A stretch of 51,537 nt of DNA, counting the filler, from Sphacelaria rigidula (lineage: Eukaryota), in the NCBI GenBank assembly GCA_964200075.2. It is 3 parts of 3 records of this genome, joined end to end, with 100 filler letters (N's around TTAATTAATTAA, not from the genome) between each part and the next. Parts side by side here need not be neighbours in the genome. Positions count along the whole stretch, not along the records: positions 34,428 to 51,537 come from CAXNAA020001167.1; 2 more parts are not named here. The stretch is one strand, 5' to 3'. A model generated the notes under the pieces. The model worked only from the letters and a program-made list of their open reading frames with translations. It searched no databases and had not been told where the DNA came from. Both the position numbers and the translations under genes were made by a program. Below, in pieces: positions 36,891 to 50,125 of the stretch. The number at the start of each line of letters is the position of its first letter. Position 1 is the first letter of the stretch.

Positions 36891-39618
36891 TTTTCGCGGG
36901 GAGCCCGCCTAACAGGACTCGTAATTCAAAGGGCAGGCCTTTGAAGAGCCACAAGAACCATCGGCCGCGAAACAGTCGTCCTGATACAGGAAGGACGCCA
37001 TGCGTGGAGCAACGATGGTGTTTTCAATCCCAGACAAAATGTGCTCAACATACGGACGACAATGCGATGCAGACATTGTGCAGGGCAACATGGGCGTGTC
37101 TCACCGGTGTCCCCACGGCGTTGACCCCCTCTCTGTCGGAGTCGCGGCCTATCACGCAACGTTGCCCCGGCGGCGTCTTCATGGTAGCACGCCTCCCAAT
37201 CAGGACCGCAGTGAGCGATGAACCCGCGGATCCGTGGTTATATCATGGATTGCTTGTGTCATGTACGCACACCCGCGCCCAATGCGGCCCTACTTGCACC
37301 CCGATGCCGTCTTCCACCCCAGGAGGCGGCACGATGATTACGTACAACAATGTTTTTGTGAGATTGGCAGTAGACCGTTGATTGACAGCGGGTTATATCA
37401 TTCGCTCTACCTCGACCATTTTTCAATTCTGTGTGCGCTTTTGTTCGTTTGTAGATACACTGGCGTGAGGTTACAGCTAACGCCTCTACCGTACTCAGCG
37501 ATTTCAAGGAGTTCATGGGCAAGCTGTAGTGGAGGGCGTGTCGGGCCTCTTGGAGGGGTATCTCGGAACTGATATTGGTCATTCATGAATTGACCGCTGC
37601 TTACTCTCGAACGTATCCTCCACTCTCAATCTCACAAAAACATTGTTCTACCATATGAGGCAGCTAAGTACAGTGGAGTAGATAACAGTGCAGTACAGAA
37701 CGGGACAGGACAGTATAGCACAATACACCGTAGCACTGTAAAGGACAAAACACTACGGTACGGTTCGGTACAGTACAGTACAGAGGAGTATAGTACAAAG
37801 CAGGACCTTACCGAATACAGTATACTGTAGTGCAGTACAACAGTGCACATCATTACATGACTGCATCGGAGCTCACCCTATTCTGCCGCAGTTTACTACA
37901 GCGTTGTTCAGAGTTCAATTTCGCCGATCCTACCACCAAACATGCATGTCAATATTTGCTTAGCTGATTCCCGCGCAGGCACCATTTCACATGATTTTTT
38001 CTCAGATGGACTGTATACATCATGGGCTACCCTGTACGCCACGCCAAGCGTGTGGTCAACCTCCATGGCTCATCCTTGCGGTATATACAGTCAGAGCGTT
38101 GGTACAGCAAAGATCAAAGCATTATGTGCAGAGTAACGCGTGTTATTCATCATGTCTCAGGCTACCGCGGTCAAGGATCACAAAGCGGAGCGGCGAACCA
38201 TTCAAAGTCATTGCAGGGGATCCTTCCACCTCCGGGCTTCCCTCCTCCTCGCCCCCATCTCACAGCCTGATCCGGCAAAAACCCGGCGTGCTCCGCCCCG
38301 CTTTTGTAGGCATGACTACGGCATGCAAGATCATGCGTGCACCCCCCTTTCACATACTGTCAAGAACGCGGAATAAGTATGGCAGGGACGTAATTTCCTG
38401 TTTCTCGACCAGCAAATGTAGATGAACAACCCTCTCATTACCCAGAAATCGCCTGTGGGTGAGCAGCTAAAAACCGAGGAGATTATGCATGTTAGTTCTC
38501 TTGGCGACCGTGGGAGGGGCACTTTGACCGCTGGACTATGACTCCCGGCTGGAGTGCGGTAGTCTCGAGCTGGACTATTTCAGTGTAGTCTTGTCGTAGT
38601 CAAGGACTTCGAATGAGCTTTTCGAGTGCCACCGCTCATCCCTGAGAACTTTTGATCCTAAAGCTTCCGGATCGGGAGATGCGAGGCATTTGCTCCACAT
38701 TCCCAAACAAGAATCATCTCTGCACCCAATGTTGAACGACTTTCGGGCTCACGAGTCCGTGGGGGATCCTGCAACTACCCACCACCAGGGGTATCGCTCG
38801 TCAATCGAAGCAATTCCGATCGTTCTGGTGAACAAAAATAGGTACATTTTCCTTCCGTAGTCCATCTGAGTCCATCTGAGGGAGGTTCGTAGTCCAAGGA
38901 TCCACAAATTGGATGAGGCGCGATTATTTCTGTCAGACCAGCGCCGTCCAACACACACATCAATGACCGACGACCCCATCGTGAGCAGTTCATGTGATCC
39001 CAACACACTGCCGGTCCTCTTCGAATACCGAACGGATTGCCGCAAAACAACAACACCGTGTATAGATGACCAAGTGCAAGTCGTGATGCACTTGTGCTAT
39101 GGATGTCTGGGTGTGATTGCTCGGGCTGGATTGTGTGGGTGTAATGTGTATTTGTCACGTGCTTCAGTCAAGCCCGTTGAGATGTTGACACCTGTTTCGC
39201 TAGGACCCAATGGAGCCGTTGTAAGGGAGCAAGCTGCCAGGCTGACTTAATCGATTTTGCTGTTGGCGAGAACGATTGCGATGTCAGCCGAAGAGGGCAA
39301 TATATGTCCTGTTGGCAGGGAGCACATGCGAAGGCTTGACACACAACCCAACAGAATCAGACGTCAACCTGGGGAATAAATGCATCGCGACAGCAAACCA
39401 GAAACACAACGCTCGAGCTGCAGCTACTTGCTCATCAGCTGCAGTTACTTGTTCATACTCTAAACAGGACCATGTTCCTTTTCCTTTTCTCGTCACACTT
39501 TCACCCGCTCCCCTTACTCAAAACGGGTCGGTGGTCTCAAAGGGCTGACCCGTCTCTCCCCCGATACACACAGCACACTCTAGCATTACGGATTAGATGA
39601 CCACTTCCCTAGTGAGCC

Positions 39619-39990
39619 GGTCGCCCCGGCGGCTCAGTTGGTAACCTCGAAACCCTCTGACGGTTGGATCATTGGTTTAGTTGTCGGAGGGACCTGGGAT
39701 TGTTTCTCACACCATGCCCAAGAGTGGAGAGCGACGATGTCGTGGGTACACAAAATTCGACGTGGCGGTCGACGAGGGAAAGGGACTGTCGAACCCCTCT
39801 CGCGATGAAAAATAAAGGCAAGCACCGCATAAGGAAGGTGGGATACTAAAAACAAGAACAAAAACTGAAAAAGTTCCCTGTTGACCTTCCTCCTGTGTGA
39901 CTCCGGTTGGTGCGCCCACATATACCGAAAGGTGTAGACCGGCGTCCAGAATAGATGGGACGACAACACTGCTTTGGCTGTAGTCACCAT
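39619..39990 (+). mobile_element. tRNA-derived SINE-like element (copy 1)
   Basis: A-box-like ggctcagttgg at 39631, B box decayed. Body homologous to 43029-43286 (caaaattcga....cggtcgacgagggaaagggac...ctctcgcgat.aaaaataa.gc.agcaccgca). Confidence 0.7.
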
Positions 39991-41624
39991 CTCGCTCTGC
40001 TAATCACGCCCTCCCGCTTTCGGCGACCGGAGTCAGATAGTCCTCAGAGGGGATGACCCAAACGTATGTGCCGTTCTGCGCCATAGTCGGTAAAGTGCAG
40101 TACAGTACCGTGTACTTACATCGTGTAAATAAAGATCACCGTGAGCGATGATCCTGCCCTCGTCTTATGTGCTAGGGCGTATATGAAGATTTCCAAGGGC
40201 AGGTTGGGTAGTGTGTACTCAATACTCGGTATTGTTCTTGTGGGTCCGTAATGGCCATCGACCGACAAGTTTCTCTCTCTATTGTCGTCGGCAATGTCTA
40301 TCAATAGACCAGTTTCCTACACTTTAGTCCGGGCAGCAATCTGTTGTGGCCCTACCCACCGAAATCTATTGCAGCCGACCAAATGTATTGGTCGATAGTC
40401 TTCCAAATCTATTGATGACGGAAATCGCTGTTGATGTATTGCGTACAGAATCTATGCGTGGCGGCAATGAAAATAGATACAAGAGTTTCGGCGGCTTCGG
40501 CGCCACGATCAGTGAATCGACAGCCAAGATACACTAGCACCGGTGATATCTGTGTGCGTTGCGTGATGACAAAGGTCATACTTTGGAGAAAACGCCTTAG
40601 CAGCTCATGGGCTGAGCACGGTAGTCAATCTGGATCATTGATACTTTCAGTGAAATTGATGTCGCTTCAACTGATGACCTACTTTTCTAGCCGTCAAAGA
40701 GTTGATAGAGAGCGGCGGGAAAGTTTTGTCCTGTCTTCTGATTGTCATATGAGCATGATGCCGGTTCAAATTTCATGTAAAACCGATGCCAGTTTCACTA
40801 AACAATGTTTTTGTTTCATTTTCAGTTCGAAGAGGAACATGGATAATGGGGGTACGTACGAAGGCTCAACACAAGCCATGACAATCAAAGTTGAACCTGA
40901 GGAATTGACCGCCCCTGAAAACCAAATATAAATATTGTGGCAACGAATCTGGCCATTTGATCGCCAACCAAGAAACGAATTGACCGCCAACCAAAAAACA
41001 CATGGAGCGGCAATGAATATGACCGCTTGACCGCCGTGATGAATAATCTGTTGTTGAATCGGCATCACTGACTTGCACTTGATGAATAACTGTGTGGTCC
41101 AGATGACCTGCCCTACCCGTCAAAGGATCAAAACAGTTATGGGTGGGAATGGAGGGCCTAACGACCAAAAATCAGCGGCAAACTAAAAAAAACAGAAATG
41201 CGGAGGAATAATGAACACGTCAGTAGGTGGCAACACCTTTGCCGAGGCCCTCTCGAGCAGAACGCACGCTTCATCATTGGTAAACTTGGTTCACTATGGG
41301 ACAGCTCTAGCACAGGAGAGCGCGCGGTTCTCGACACAGGAAGCAAGCCAGCCCACGGCACTTCACACACCCCCGCACACACACAATATCTAGGGGATTC
41401 TATTTCACATTTTCCTGGCGTCGCGCCAGCAACGAGAAAACCCCCTCTAAAAGCGCAGAACACCTCATTCTTGTACATTTGGGTCCGTTGCGGCTCAGTA
41501 TCACGCTCAAACGAAAGAGTAAAATAGGGTGACCTAGCTTGGGTGTGTGGGAAGCGCAAATAAAAGAAAAAAAACGGTGCGCACGTTGTTTTTTCTCGCC
41601 GCAAGTTGTCACGATATGCAGTTT

Positions 41625-42170
41625 GGTTGCGTGTCGGCAGGCGCTGCTGCTTAGTTCTGTGCGGCTGTGCACAGAAGGCAATTTCGTCTTTCAACAGCGA
41701 GTATCCTCTCAAGTGTTGAATTTTAGAGGGGAAGTTTACAGAAGAAAGACAAAGCTGGCGGCTGCTTCGTTGCAGAGCTCCAGTGCAGAAGCCGAGGCAT
41801 CTAAGGCGATTGTAGTACTTGCACTGCCTTGCATCTGCTGGCGACTGTTGTGATCATGTACCTAGCAATTGTCCGTTTATGTATACTACCCGGAGTATTA
41901 TAAGAGTGAGAGGCAAACTATGCGACGGTCGACAGCTTCGTTTTGGGCTGCATATTGTTTTCTTGCAGCGAGCAGTGTGTGACGGCGTTTAACTTTGTGG
42001 CGTGCCGCTAGGTGCTGCTTCGTTCTGTACGGCTTTGCACAATGAGAAAATTAGCCTTTTAACAGCGAGTACCTTTCATGTATTGAGTTGCAGAGGGCGA
42101 CGTAACACATGAACTTCGGCTGTTGGATCTGAGGGTTCCAGCGGAGAAACCAGGGCGCCAAGGGCGATTT
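41625..42170. repeat. Diverged direct duplication, period about 375 bp
   Basis: tgctgctt.gttctgt.cggct.tgcac...aacagcgagta occurs at about 41647-41705 and 42014-42072. Confidence 0.65.
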
Positions 42171-43028
42171 TTATTCTAGACTACACACTGAATGTATGAA
42201 CAGGGCAGCAGAGCCACGATGTTTTAACTGACTGCATGTACATACCGGAAATAAATATGTCAACCATGCGATTTACACCAACTTGCATCTTCGACCAAAT
42301 GCAATTTTTTGGCACCAACGTCACGACATACGCTTTGGTGGCGGTCCGCCATGTGCTGCTCTGTTCTGTGGGGGTGTGTACAAAGAACAACATCACTCAT
42401 CAGGAGTGAATGCCCTTTCACCCCTTGGCTTGTAGAGGACGAGTTCACCGATGAAACGCGACCGTCTTCTCACAGACGTTTTCGAGACAGAGCCCAAGGG
42501 ATGCGCAACGCTGCTGCCCATGGTATCCAAATTTCCGTACTTTCTCGTTCTAGCACGATGTCAGGCACGCCTTTCACTACAGATGCGTTGGTGTGTGGCG
42601 GCCACAGCTGCTGCTGTTCGTGTTCTTGTCTTGTTATATTCGCAATTCTGGTGAACGTTGGGTGGCAGCTCGGGGGCGTGCGCTTCCCGAGTAGTACAGC
42701 AGCTGAACACTAGTGCACCATGAGTTCCCACCCACTGATCTGGAGCGAGTTCTCCGGAGGAACAATATCATCTCAATACCGAGCACTCACAGGCTTGAAG
42801 ATATGTACCATGGTTACAGTGCATTTTATATAAGCCAAGTCGTTGTTTCTAGGCGACGCATGTATTTTTGATTGATATGATTCGCCTGATTACGGTCCAG
42901 TTCTTACGCATATTACGTTCGTGATCCGTTTTCCCGAAATATAGTACCCGAAATGGGGCCCCAGTCCCACTCATGAGAGTAAAAAGGAAGTAATGTCGAG
43001 AGCATGCGAAATACATGCATGATAGTTG

Positions 43029-43286
43029 TGTGCGTCAGGTGTCACACAAAAGGAGGCCAACACAGGCGATTCTGCGGTGCTCGCCTTATTTTTTATCGCG
43101 AGAGGTTCAGCGGTCCCTTTCCCTCGTCGACCGTGAAATCGAATTTTGTCTACCCTCGACATAGTCGCTGTCGAGTGTTGGGTATGGTGTGAGATAAAAT
43201 CCCAGATCATGTGACTACACTGAGGTTCGAACGTATGACCAGCCCGTCATGAGGTTTCGGGTTCCAGCTGAGCCAAGGGGACGACC
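43029..43286 (-). mobile_element. tRNA-derived SINE-like element (copy 2)
   Basis: The minus strand has A box TGGCTCAGCTGG (43275-43264) and B box GTTCGAACC (43232-43224) about 31 nt apart, followed by a non-tRNA body shared with copy 1. Confidence 0.75.
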
Positions 43287-43920
43287 GTCTGCCGACCAAA
43301 ATATGAAATAATAGAAGCCGTTGTGTTTGGCGCTTCATGACGAAAAGAAGTCATGTACGGCAGAGTAGCAGCAGCAGCAGCTACAACAGCAGCCCGGAGA
43401 CAGTGAAAGGGAAGTACAGTCGAGACGATGCGACATGCGGGCAAGATTCCAACATGCTCTCGGTGTGCCCCCAGGTTGAACGGAGAATCGCTCCCCAGAG
43501 CCGACCCAACGGAGCATGATGCCGATTCAATTTTCGAGTGAAAACAATACCGGTTCTACGAAATAATGTGCGGCCTGCGTACCGTGAGAGGTGGCATCTC
43601 CGACGATCGAAGCGACCACTGTCCAATGTGTAAATGCCTCGAACGTTAAAACCTCAGGGATAACACAGCGCGGAAAGCGTACGCACTCCAAACTTGAGCA
43701 GAACGGGAACGCCCCCTAATTCTCAGCAAAAATGCAAGCGAAGAAGCTGGCATGGCGAAACATTTTACCTTAAAAGGAAGAAATGCTGGCTTCTCAGAGG
43801 TTTATAGAACGAACTGGCCCCGAATGATATGTACTCTGGAATCAAGTGAAGAATACAGCAAACGTGCACCTGTCTGCAGAGCTCGAAAATGGGCCAAAAT
43901 TTAACATGTATATATATATA

Positions 43921-44490
43921 CAAGGTTTTTGGCGCTTCGCGCCACCGCTCAATCGAGCGTTTCCCAAGGCAAAGGAAATGAGGAGTGCAACTACCGGCAT
44001 CAGCTGTCGCCCACATGGAGAAGTGCTGAGAGGCGAAGATATGATTCAGAGATGAATCTTGTGACACGCGGAGATTATTCGGAGATAACAAAATCTCCAA
44101 TTTTGCCTCTTTGGACTTCCAAACATCGTCGACGACGATGATACCCGACCGAAAAAGAACCGGAACGGGGCAGAAGACACCGGCCCTGCACAGCGAAGAA
44201 GATAATCGTGAAGTTCCACTTATTCTCCGTCCGAGAAATCTACGCGAAATGAACGTATGTGACAAAAAAACTTCGACAAACCCCGAACGAAATTGAAGAA
44301 TTGAAACGAGGCAGAAGACACTGAGCGTACAGAACCAAAGAATAGCCGTCGATCTCCGCCCATCCTCCGTCTGAGATATGTGCCCAAATGAACCCATTTC
44401 AACCTTCAAACATAGGCAAAACTCGACCGGAAATAAAGACTCTCAGCGACGCAGAAGACACTGATCCTGAAGAACCAAGAACTACCTATG
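43921..44490 (-). mobile_element. Helitron-like non-autonomous element, 3' end at 43921 (5' limit uncertain)
   Basis: The minus strand ends GGCGC-GAA-GCGCC hairpin + AAAAACCTTG followed by T; the same terminus recurs at 49717. Confidence 0.55.
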
Positions 44491-44569
44491 AAGGAATATG
44501 ACAGCATCGACAATATGAAGGAATTCACTGTTGCCCGTCGATAAGACGATGTATATAATACCATCTTCT

Positions 44570-45375
44570 ATGGCAACGAATCTCGATTATTTTAGACGGG
44601 GACTCGAGTTCGATAACTCAAAATCGGGAGGACCGTTTCATAGTATAGACGGTATCATAGTTTTGTGAAATAGTTCTGTACACAGACATATTTTCTGCAC
44701 CAGTGTGGCATTGCGTACTCGTGCGTGAAGCCGAAGAGCAGACAGACGATGAATACCCCTTCGAGTACATTGTCGTACCATGGTACTCTAGGGTAATACA
44801 GTGCAGCACACTCCATTATTACAGTGCATGATTATGCCGTGTGGTAGTACATGATGATGGCACAGTCTGTACTGCGAGAACAGTGAGCAATCAGTGCGCG
44901 AGGAGAGTCCAGTAGTCCAGTGCAAAACATCACCCTGCAACTACAGCGACAACAGACCAGGAGAGTACAGCACCGTTCGGTAGAGTGATACATGTGGCAG
45001 CGCAGTGCGGCATGAGATATTACCGTCGTAACATGGTACGATGTTTTGATTGATCGATTGTCGCACTTTCACTGACCCCCCAGGGGTCCAGCCATGGTCT
45101 CATGATAGACGAACTCAGGAAAAACGGAATTCAAACACGCTCTAAGGAAAAGAAAAAAAAAGGAACATAAAACATAAGGAAAGGGAAAATATACGGCGTC
45201 ATTACTCATTATCCACTTGCCAAACCCCGTGGGAAGCTGCTGCAGCAGCTGGCGCGGGCAGGCACACACTGCGTTGTTACGAAACTGTCTTCGGCTGCGG
45301 TTGCAGAAATATCAAACGCCTCGTCCTCTTCCATTGTACGTCAATGCACATACTTCACCTCCTCGAATCGGGGGG
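44570..45375 (+). repeat. Duplicated block (copy 1 of 2; copy 2 at about 46220-46860)
   Basis: Long collinear matches (aactcaaaatcgggaggaccg, gtactgcgagaacagtgagcaatcagtgc, aaacatcaccctgcaactacagcgacaacagac, aaatatcaaacgcctcgtcctcttccat). Copy 1 has an extra segment around 45045-45200. Confidence 0.88.
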
Positions 45376-46219
45376 AGTCGCGATCTCGGAATGATTTTAT
45401 CCGATTGTTTCGAAAAATGGGAGAAAATTGTTCTGAGATCGCGACCCCCCCCGACTTTTTTTCCCTCGATGTTGGAAAAAATCAAGATCAGTGATTGGCA
45501 TAAGAGATAGATGGTCTATTATAACACCCTGTAGAAACGTTGTGAAGAAAAAAAAGGAATTATAAATATAAAAGAATTAGCGAAGCAATGGGCTAAACTA
45601 AGGTGATCCTGTCGCCTCAACCCAGCCGTTGTCTTGATCTGCAGCTCACAGCGATATGCTCAAATCAGGCTGATTCGAAGAACTTGGGAAGCGTTTATGT
45701 GATGAGCGTTTGTACGTTACGGCTGGCCCAGCTCGTACGTAACTAGCCGAAACGGTAGGTGCCACCCCCCAGTCGCGGGGAGAGAGAAACGACGATCGTG
45801 AAAATACACTTTATTGTTCCCATGTTTTGATCGATGCACTCGTGTGTTCAGTCGCATCGCAGTTCCTGTGTAACAGGTCAAAACGGTAGATATGCACACG
45901 AGTGCCCGCGTGATCACATTCGGGAGGGTAGGGGATGCGCGCATTCAACCCCGGGGTCAGCTGTTTTTCCTTCAGCTTTTTACATGTCAAGTGTATGAAA
46001 AATATTCAGACATGTGCAGAAGTACTGCTATACGCTATATACATTGGGCCACAATAGCGAATCCCACCCCCAAATTCACGGTAGTAGCCACCCCTGGGGA
46101 CGGCTATTTTCTCGTCCGCTGCGTTAACATGCGCCCCCTGCCCAAATCTGACTCCACCGATGTTGCATATATCCTATGATTCGTATCTAAAACTATTTGG
46201 GTTCATTGACCTTTTTTTG

Positions 46220-46860
46220 TGGCAATGAAGCTCGATTTTCTGAGACAGGGAGTCAATTTCGCGAACTCAAAATCGGGAGGACCGCTTTATGGTATCACAG
46301 ATTTGTGAAATAGTTTTGTACACAGACAGATACTTTCTGCACGAGCGTGGTATTGCGTACTCGTGCATGAAGCCGAAGAGCAGGCAAACGGTGAATGCCC
46401 CTTCGAGTACAGTGTCGTACCATGATACCCTAGGGTAATACAGTGCAGGACACTTATCAGTACAGTACATGATTATGCCGTGTGGTAGTACACGATGGTG
46501 GCACAGTCGGTACTGCGAGAACAGTGAGCAATCAGTGCACGAGAAGAGTTCAGTAGTCCAGTGCGAAACATCACCCTGCAACTACAGCGACAACAGACTA
46601 GGAGAGTACAGCACCGTTCGGTAGAGTGATGCATGTGGCAGTGCAGTGCAGCGTAAGATATTACCATCGCCACAGGGTGGAGCGTCAATAGTTATTATCC
46701 ACTCGTCTCAAACCCTGTGTGAAGCTGATGCAGCAGCTGGCGCGGGCAGGCACGCTCTGTCACGAGACCGTCTTTTGCCGCGGTTGCAAAAATATCAAAC
46801 GCCTCGTCCTCTTCCATCGTACGTCCATGCACGTACTTCACCTCCTCAAAGTAGGGGGGA
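46220..46860 (+). repeat. Duplicated block (copy 2 of 2)
   Basis: Collinear with 44570-45375. Confidence 0.88.
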
Positions 46861-49716
46861 CTTCAGATTTCCCCCGATAAAAATGGGTGGAAATGGTTAT
46901 GAAAGCGTGACACCATGATTTTTTCCCAAATCGGGGTCCATAGAACGCGTTCCCAGATTATTTTCCCCCGATCTTCGTAAAATTCGAGATCGGTGACTGC
47001 CGTAAAAGATGGTCTTAACCTTGACACAGCGAGCGTCGCCTCGAAACAATTTCACAAGCTGACAGTGCAGGGACATCCAAGGGTGGCCTCGGGGTGGCGG
47101 CGGCGGCGGCGGCGGCGGCGGGAAGTGGGGGGGACTACTGGCGTAATAGGAGCCGAAAAGCTCACCAAGTCAACCATATGTGTTTCGAAAGTTTCCCATG
47201 GATTATTATTGGCCATCGATCATGATTCTTCTCCCAGTTGAAGTTGATGCCGATTCAACAGATGACCCACTCTTGCTGTCTAAAAATTGATCACTACCCC
47301 TACTGGGTTGTTCCGGTTTAGAGTTTGTAGGAATCCACGGCAATACGAACCCTTCGAAGGTGAGAGAGGGTAGATCATCTGTCGAATCGGCATCAATTTC
47401 ACAGGAGAAACGTATGTTCCAGATGGACTACCCCTTGCGGTCTAACGGTTGTCATCCCTAGACGGCGAGGATAGGTCATCCGTTGAATCGACATCAATTT
47501 CACTTGAAATAATAATGCACGATCGAGATAGGATACTATCGCGGCCGAGAGATTGATGCAAATCGGTATCACTCCACCTCGCGGAAGACAAAGTGATTTG
47601 TACCGGTCGTACGCGTAACCAAAGATCACAGAAGACACCACTGCTCAGGGCGTAGGGGTTGAATGCTGCACTGAAGAACTCTTTGTTACTGTGCTCAACG
47701 ACACATGCTCCGCTAGACCACTAGCTCCTGGCAAACCCTCTAGCGCCGGAGGTGTTCATTTCTAGAACTGACATCGTTCTTACTTGGAAAGCGCCTGAAA
47801 ATGATGCCGATTCCACAAAATTCCCCTAGTGATGAGTTCTCCAAGTGACATTTGCTGCGATAGCCCCCCCCTTCCCAAAAAGTGGCTGGTTTGGAGAGGC
47901 AAAATCTACACGTGAATCGAAATAAACTAAGCCGAGCATAACGAGCAGATGATTTGTGGAATCGGCATCATTTTCACTTGAAAAATACATGAGAATCAGG
48001 CCGACTCAAAAATAAATGAACACCTCCGGCGATTGAAGGGTTGGGATTGGCGCCGTAGGACAAAGCACCCCGTGACTACGACAGCCATAGGATAGTCTCG
48101 GTGACACTTTCTGCGATAGCTCCCCCCCCAAAAGTGGCCTGTTTGGAGTAGCAAAATCTACACCACGTAAATCGAAAATGAAAGAAGCCGAGCACAGCGA
48201 GCAGCTGATTCGTGGCATCGGCATCATTTTCAGTTGAAAAGTACATGAGCCGAGCACAACGAGCGGCTGGGGAGTCCCACGCTTGGGTCCGTTTTCGTTA
48301 ATGTCGCCCATATAAAGCGCTTCATGCAGCCTGAAATCAAACATCAGGCGCTGTACGACCCTCTCTTCGTGAACGTTTTAGGCTGGTTTCGGGGAAGGGA
48401 GGGGGCGGAAGCTATGACAGAAAGTGCCCATTGCCCGAGTGTTCACCATCTGCCGTCACCGGGTGGGCGGGTGGTGTCTCAACAGATCACTGTTTTATCT
48501 CTGTTTCCCTGTGTAAAACAGGGGATGAAATTGAAAGTGAGGAGAGTGGCTGACATCTCATAGGCCTGCCTTTCTTATCTCATGCCGTAGTTTGGAAAGA
48601 TTACATCTTTATTAAATGACTTTATTGATAATACGTCAGTATTTTGGAGTCCATTCTTCTCCTCAGACAGTATGGGGTCAAAACAGTGGTATCACCTTCC
48701 ACGGTCGGTGTATCCACTCCTTCTCTTACTCCAGAAGCTCTCTGGTTGACCGAAGTCATTCGAAGGGCTTCTAATATACCCCATACTGTATTGTTAAATA
48801 TAAACGTATCCAACCGGGTGTTGTGTTTTGCGCGAGACACTTATTACATGAAATCAAAGCAGGGGCTTTCCACTAAAAGCTGCCCATGAACGACTCTGTT
48901 CACTAAGAGGGAACTCGTTAAGCTCTCTGTATTGCTCGTCAGTAACACCCTTGACCATACCCGTGCCTTCACATCCCGGGGCGACCACTTCCATCAAACG
49001 CATATACCGCCACGCTGTTTTGGGATCTTTCCAGTATGCCTTGTGCATAATCGTCGACAAAAAATCTCCTGCTAAGGCTCGTGTGAGCGCCCCACCCGAT
49101 GGGTTAGGGTAGCTGGGTCAGTCTATCAAAGATTTGGATACATCATAGAGAGACAAACTGACGACGAAATAGGAATCATGTTCAGGTCTCTTTCAAGTAA
49201 AAAGAAAACAGTGGTAGTCACTGGCACGAAAGATGCGTCAAACAGCTGAGAACGTCACTGGTACCGGAGAAACATGCAGGTTCAGTTGCATTGGCTGGTG
49301 AAGAGTAGGTCACTGGTGCCGGGGAAATAAGATGCGTTCGATTTTCATGAGAGAAGAGTAAACCGGCTCGGGACGTCATTGAGGTTGAAGGTTCCGCGCC
49401 TGAAATCCCCAGGAGGAGAGAGAAGTGAAGAGTGCCACGGAAACAGGTTGCGGTGATTCCGGGTAAGGAAACGCCAGATCATGGTGGCTAGGTGAGTCAC
49501 TGATCGCAGAGTAAATTCCGCGAAGAAACGGGCAAATTCCGCGAAGGGAAACGGGAAAGTGGGTTTTCTAAAAAAAGCACGGGAGAGGTTGAACGGAATA
49601 ATACTGGCCGCTGGTGCGTCGGACTTCGGAGCAATGCTGCGCTCTCAGGCCCTGTGATTGTTGCACCTGCGTCCGGAGACCCGGAACGCGGACAAACTTA
49701 ATGAACAAGAATAATA

Positions 49717-50125
49717 CAAGGTTTTTGGCGCTTCGCGCCACCCCTCAATGGAGGGTTACCCAAGGCGAATGATGATGTGGAGTGTTCGGTGCTGAACCTC
49801 TGATTTCGCGGATGATTCGATATTCCAAAAAAATAACGGGATCCTATAAAAGGATCCTATAAAAGGAGGGTGTGCGTAGATTTGCGATCGCACAGCGGGT
49901 GTAGAACTGCCCATGCGAGCGAAAAAAGATAACCTGCCCGCTACAAAAAGGAGCCCCATCCAGTTGTAATAGTTACCTACCAGCAGGGCTCCGCGCCTGC
50001 GGGGTAACATGTACATCGAAGTGCGCAACTTGATTCAGGTAGATGGCCTTTTTCTGTTTTAAAGTCAAGGCCTGCATATTTTCTCAGAATTAAAATAAAA
50101 TTGAAGAATTACACCGAGGCAGTGC
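49717..50125 (-). mobile_element. Helitron-like element, second 3' end (5' limit uncertain)
   Basis: caaggtttttggcgcttcgcgccacc.ctcaat is identical to 43921 onward; also shares ttgaagaatt....cgaggcag (50101 vs 44293). Confidence 0.5.

Noticed and set aside
35570..39310. Candidate exons of a gene in contig 3 (plus: AGYSRFIAGVTLR + DFKEFMGKL*; minus: FRDTPPRGPTRPPLQLAHELLEIAE + EGVNAVGTP)
   Set aside because: Mutually overlapping phase-compatible chains can be built on both strands around 37497-37570 and neither has a recognisable domain; cannot be supported without transcripts.
40400..40540. Possible LINE RT remnant (FGGFGATISES)
   Set aside because: Resemblance is limited to a few residues and there is no YADD motif.
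43224..43286. tRNA gene
   Set aside because: A and B boxes are present but I cannot fold a convincing cloverleaf, and the head runs into a repeat body shared with 39619-39990; treated as a SINE.
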